NCBI GenBank assembly: GCA_013388435.1
Contig: JACAFE010000079.1
Coordinates: 1-62,615 of the forward strand
Reading direction: 5' to 3'
Source of the DNA: Nitrospirota bacterium
Lineage (GTDB): Bacteria > Nitrospirota > Thermodesulfovibrionia > Thermodesulfovibrionales > SM23-35
Length of the DNA stretch: 62,615 bases
The first letter of the stretch is position 1. Each line of letters opens with the position of its first letter. A program made the translations under genes and the position numbers. The notes below the pieces were generated by a model. That model was not told the origin of the DNA, ran no database searches, and saw only the letters and a list, made by a program, of their open reading frames with translations. Positions 60,954 through 62,615 of this stretch are shown piece after piece.

Positions 60954-61934
60954 TTATTTCAAATGGTACTCCACAATATCTTTATCATGTAAGACATAGT
61001 CTTTTTGCACCCTTTGACCGCCAAACTTTGCAGATCCCCAGATACAAACATACTTGAAATTGCTAATAAAATCTTTGTGTATCATCTCGGCAAGGTCAAG
61101 AACAGTCGAACCTGATGGAAGTATAAAAGGTGTAGTCATGTCAGGCTCTTTACCGGGTTCTTTTGAATAAACCCTGATTATTCCGGAATTTTCAAATATT
61201 GTTCTTCGTAATTCTTCGAGACCCTCTTTTTTAATCGTAGAAACCTTAATAACAGGAAAAAGAGAATCAAAAGATTTTAAAAGCTTTTCAGTCCCTTCAA
61301 TAGTTTCGGGAATATCGATTTTGTTCGCAACTAATATTGCAGGTTTGGCTGGATAAGTATAATTCTTTAGTTCATTCTTTTTAATGAGCATAATCTTCCA
61401 TTTTTCTAATTGTTCAATTAAAAGTTCTGCCTGTATATCAGGGTCTTCTGATATATCAATAATCAGTAATAACATATCAGCCACCCTCAGGATGCCAGAG
61501 ACCCAACCATCTGTTGATTCATTACCAATAGGAGGGAGGTCAACGAGTTGGAATTGGATATCTTCATAAGACATCATCCCGGCTAAAGGTATAACAGTGG
61601 AAACTGGATAATCTGCGATAACAGGATTTGCATTTGTCAATGATTTTAAGACAGATGATTTACCGGAATTTGCAAAACCAACAAGGCAAACCTGTGCAGC
61701 ACCTTGATTTTCTACGGTATATATATCTCCCTTGCCTGTTTTTTTCTTTTTAATTGCCTCTTCCCTAAGCTGGGAGAGTTTTCTTCTCAGATCAGCCCTG
61801 AGCTTGTCAGTGCCTTTGTGTTTTGGTACTGTTGCTATAAGCTCCTCAAGAGCGAAAATCTTTTCCCCAGGGCTTACAGCCTCTCGAAACTTTTTTTCTG
61901 CTGAATAATATTCGGGCGGAAGATTTGCCGGCAT
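60954..61934 (-). CDS. OBG-family DRG-like GTPase with TGS domain
   Basis: MPANLPPEY, PKHKGT, GFANSGKS, DLPP, NKID, C-terminal TGS (RVYSK..G, IWG, GQRV..D..L.DKD). Confidence 0.88.
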   Translation of the reverse strand: MPANLPPEYYSAEKKFREAVSPGEKIFALEELIATVPKHKGTDKLRADLRRKLSQLREEAIKKKKTGKGDIYTVENQGAAQVCLVGFANSGKSSVLKSLTNANPVIADYPVSTVIPLAGMMSYEDIQFQLVDLPPIGNESTDGWVSGILRVADMLLLIIDISEDPDIQAELLIEQLEKWKIMLIKKNELKNYTYPAKPAILVANKIDIPETIEGTEKLLKSFDSLFPVIKVSTIKKEGLEELRRTIFENSGIIRVYSKEPGKEPDMTTPFILPSGSTVLDLAEMIHKDFISNFKYVCIWGSAKFGGQRVQKDYVLHDKDIVEYHLK

Positions 61935-62054
61935 AATAAAAATATAACACAAAATAATTTCTGAAAATATCCATTATCTTTAAGTTAAATAATGCAGACA
62001 TTGCGAAATTAAAAAAAAGGCAGAAGACTTTAGGCTGAAGCCGAAGAGTAAGCC

Positions 62055-62091
62055 TCAAGGGCAAAGGCGATTAAAATCGTCTCGCCCTTGA
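62055..62091. terminator. Hairpin downstream of the edge gene (terminator or REP-like element)
   Basis: TCAAGGGC-aa-AGGCGATT-aa-AATCGTCT-c-GCCCTTGA. Confidence 0.45.
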
Positions 62092-62115
62092 AACTTAAAT
62101 AATAAAGTTTTCAAT

Positions 62116-62615
62116 TTAATATAAAAGCTTTATTCCACCAACTCTTATCTCATCTCCTTGATTGCCAATCACCATTTTTAACTCTAAGGTAATATCTCCA
62201 CCTACTCTGGGTTTGGGCAATTTTACATAGCTTGTATAACAAACAGGGTCAGTTGAAGTAAGATTAGTAGGATCATCATGAATAACAAGAGCAGAATCAG
62301 GAGTCGTTGTTTGAGTTAATCTAACCTGAGAAATATATGTAGAGCCTGGTTGTTTTGTATTCACTTCATAGCAGACCTGCACTGCTCTGATGACCTTTTT
62401 TTCCTGGGCTACTAAACCAACAAGTACCCATTGAAAAGAATCTTCTGTTACAGGTTTTGAAGCAGTAACCTTTATTGCTGTGCTGGGACAACAATATGGA
62501 CTGACTATTAGATCTGATGGCGGACCAGCTGGACCAACCGCTACAGCAGTTAGCGGGCTGAAACATATATTTTCAGCCTCCACTGATGCAACCATTAAAA
62601 ATAATACTGAAACCA
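62116..62615 (-). CDS. Hypothetical secreted protein, 5' end outside the window
   Basis: Frame stays open to the window edge; ...VSVLFLMVASVEA|E resembles a signal peptide; beta-rich with five Cys. Confidence 0.7.
   Translation of the reverse strand, partial: VSVLFLMVASVEAENICFSPLTAVAVGPAGPPSDLIVSPYCCPSTAIKVTASKPVTEDSFQWVLVGLVAQEKKVIRAVQVCYEVNTKQPGSTYISQVRLTQTTTPDSALVIHDDPTNLTSTDPVCYTSYVKLPKPRVGGDITLELKMVIGNQGDEIRVGGIKLLY

Noticed and set aside
1842-61904. Numerous 60-200 aa antisense or alternate-frame ORFs inside core genes
   Set aside because: They are shadows of well-supported genes, with no motifs or RBS

Overview
AT-rich, mostly core-genome bacterial window. Gene order and content suggest a Nitrospirota (Thermodesulfovibrionia-like) or Desulfobacterota-like anaerobe; this is an inference, not a database result. 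From left to right it contains: a composite repeat/hairpin array (50-281); a full-length but active-site-degenerate glycogen phosphorylase; a complete minus-strand dcw cluster (mraZ to ftsZ) with an S11 DD-peptidase inserted between mraY and murD; hup, an MTH1187-family gene and an archaeal-type FBP aldolase/phosphatase; a minus-strand run of CHASE2 adenylate cyclase, polX, diguanylate cyclase and CBS-domain tRNA nucleotidyltransferase; hisD, ugd, smpB and tmRNA; DUF4390-ntrY-ntrX; adenosine-kinase-like, hisI and rubredoxin genes; a kaiC-kaiB-PAS/GGDEF*/EAL-LOG module; thermonuclease, malic enzyme, fdhD and an orphan GspE ATPase; rnr, tig-clpP-clpX, rpmB-dciA, infB-rbfA-nrnA; a DRG-like GTPase; and a truncated, probably secreted protein at the right edge. 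No CRISPR array, IS element, prophage, tRNA or rRNA was seen. The three most interesting signals are (1) a KaiA-less, tail-less KaiC/KaiB pair coupled to a c-di-GMP phosphodiesterase with an unexplained N-terminal helix, (2) an apparent GlgP pseudoenzyme and (3) an array of four different hairpins separated by a conserved 7-nt linker.
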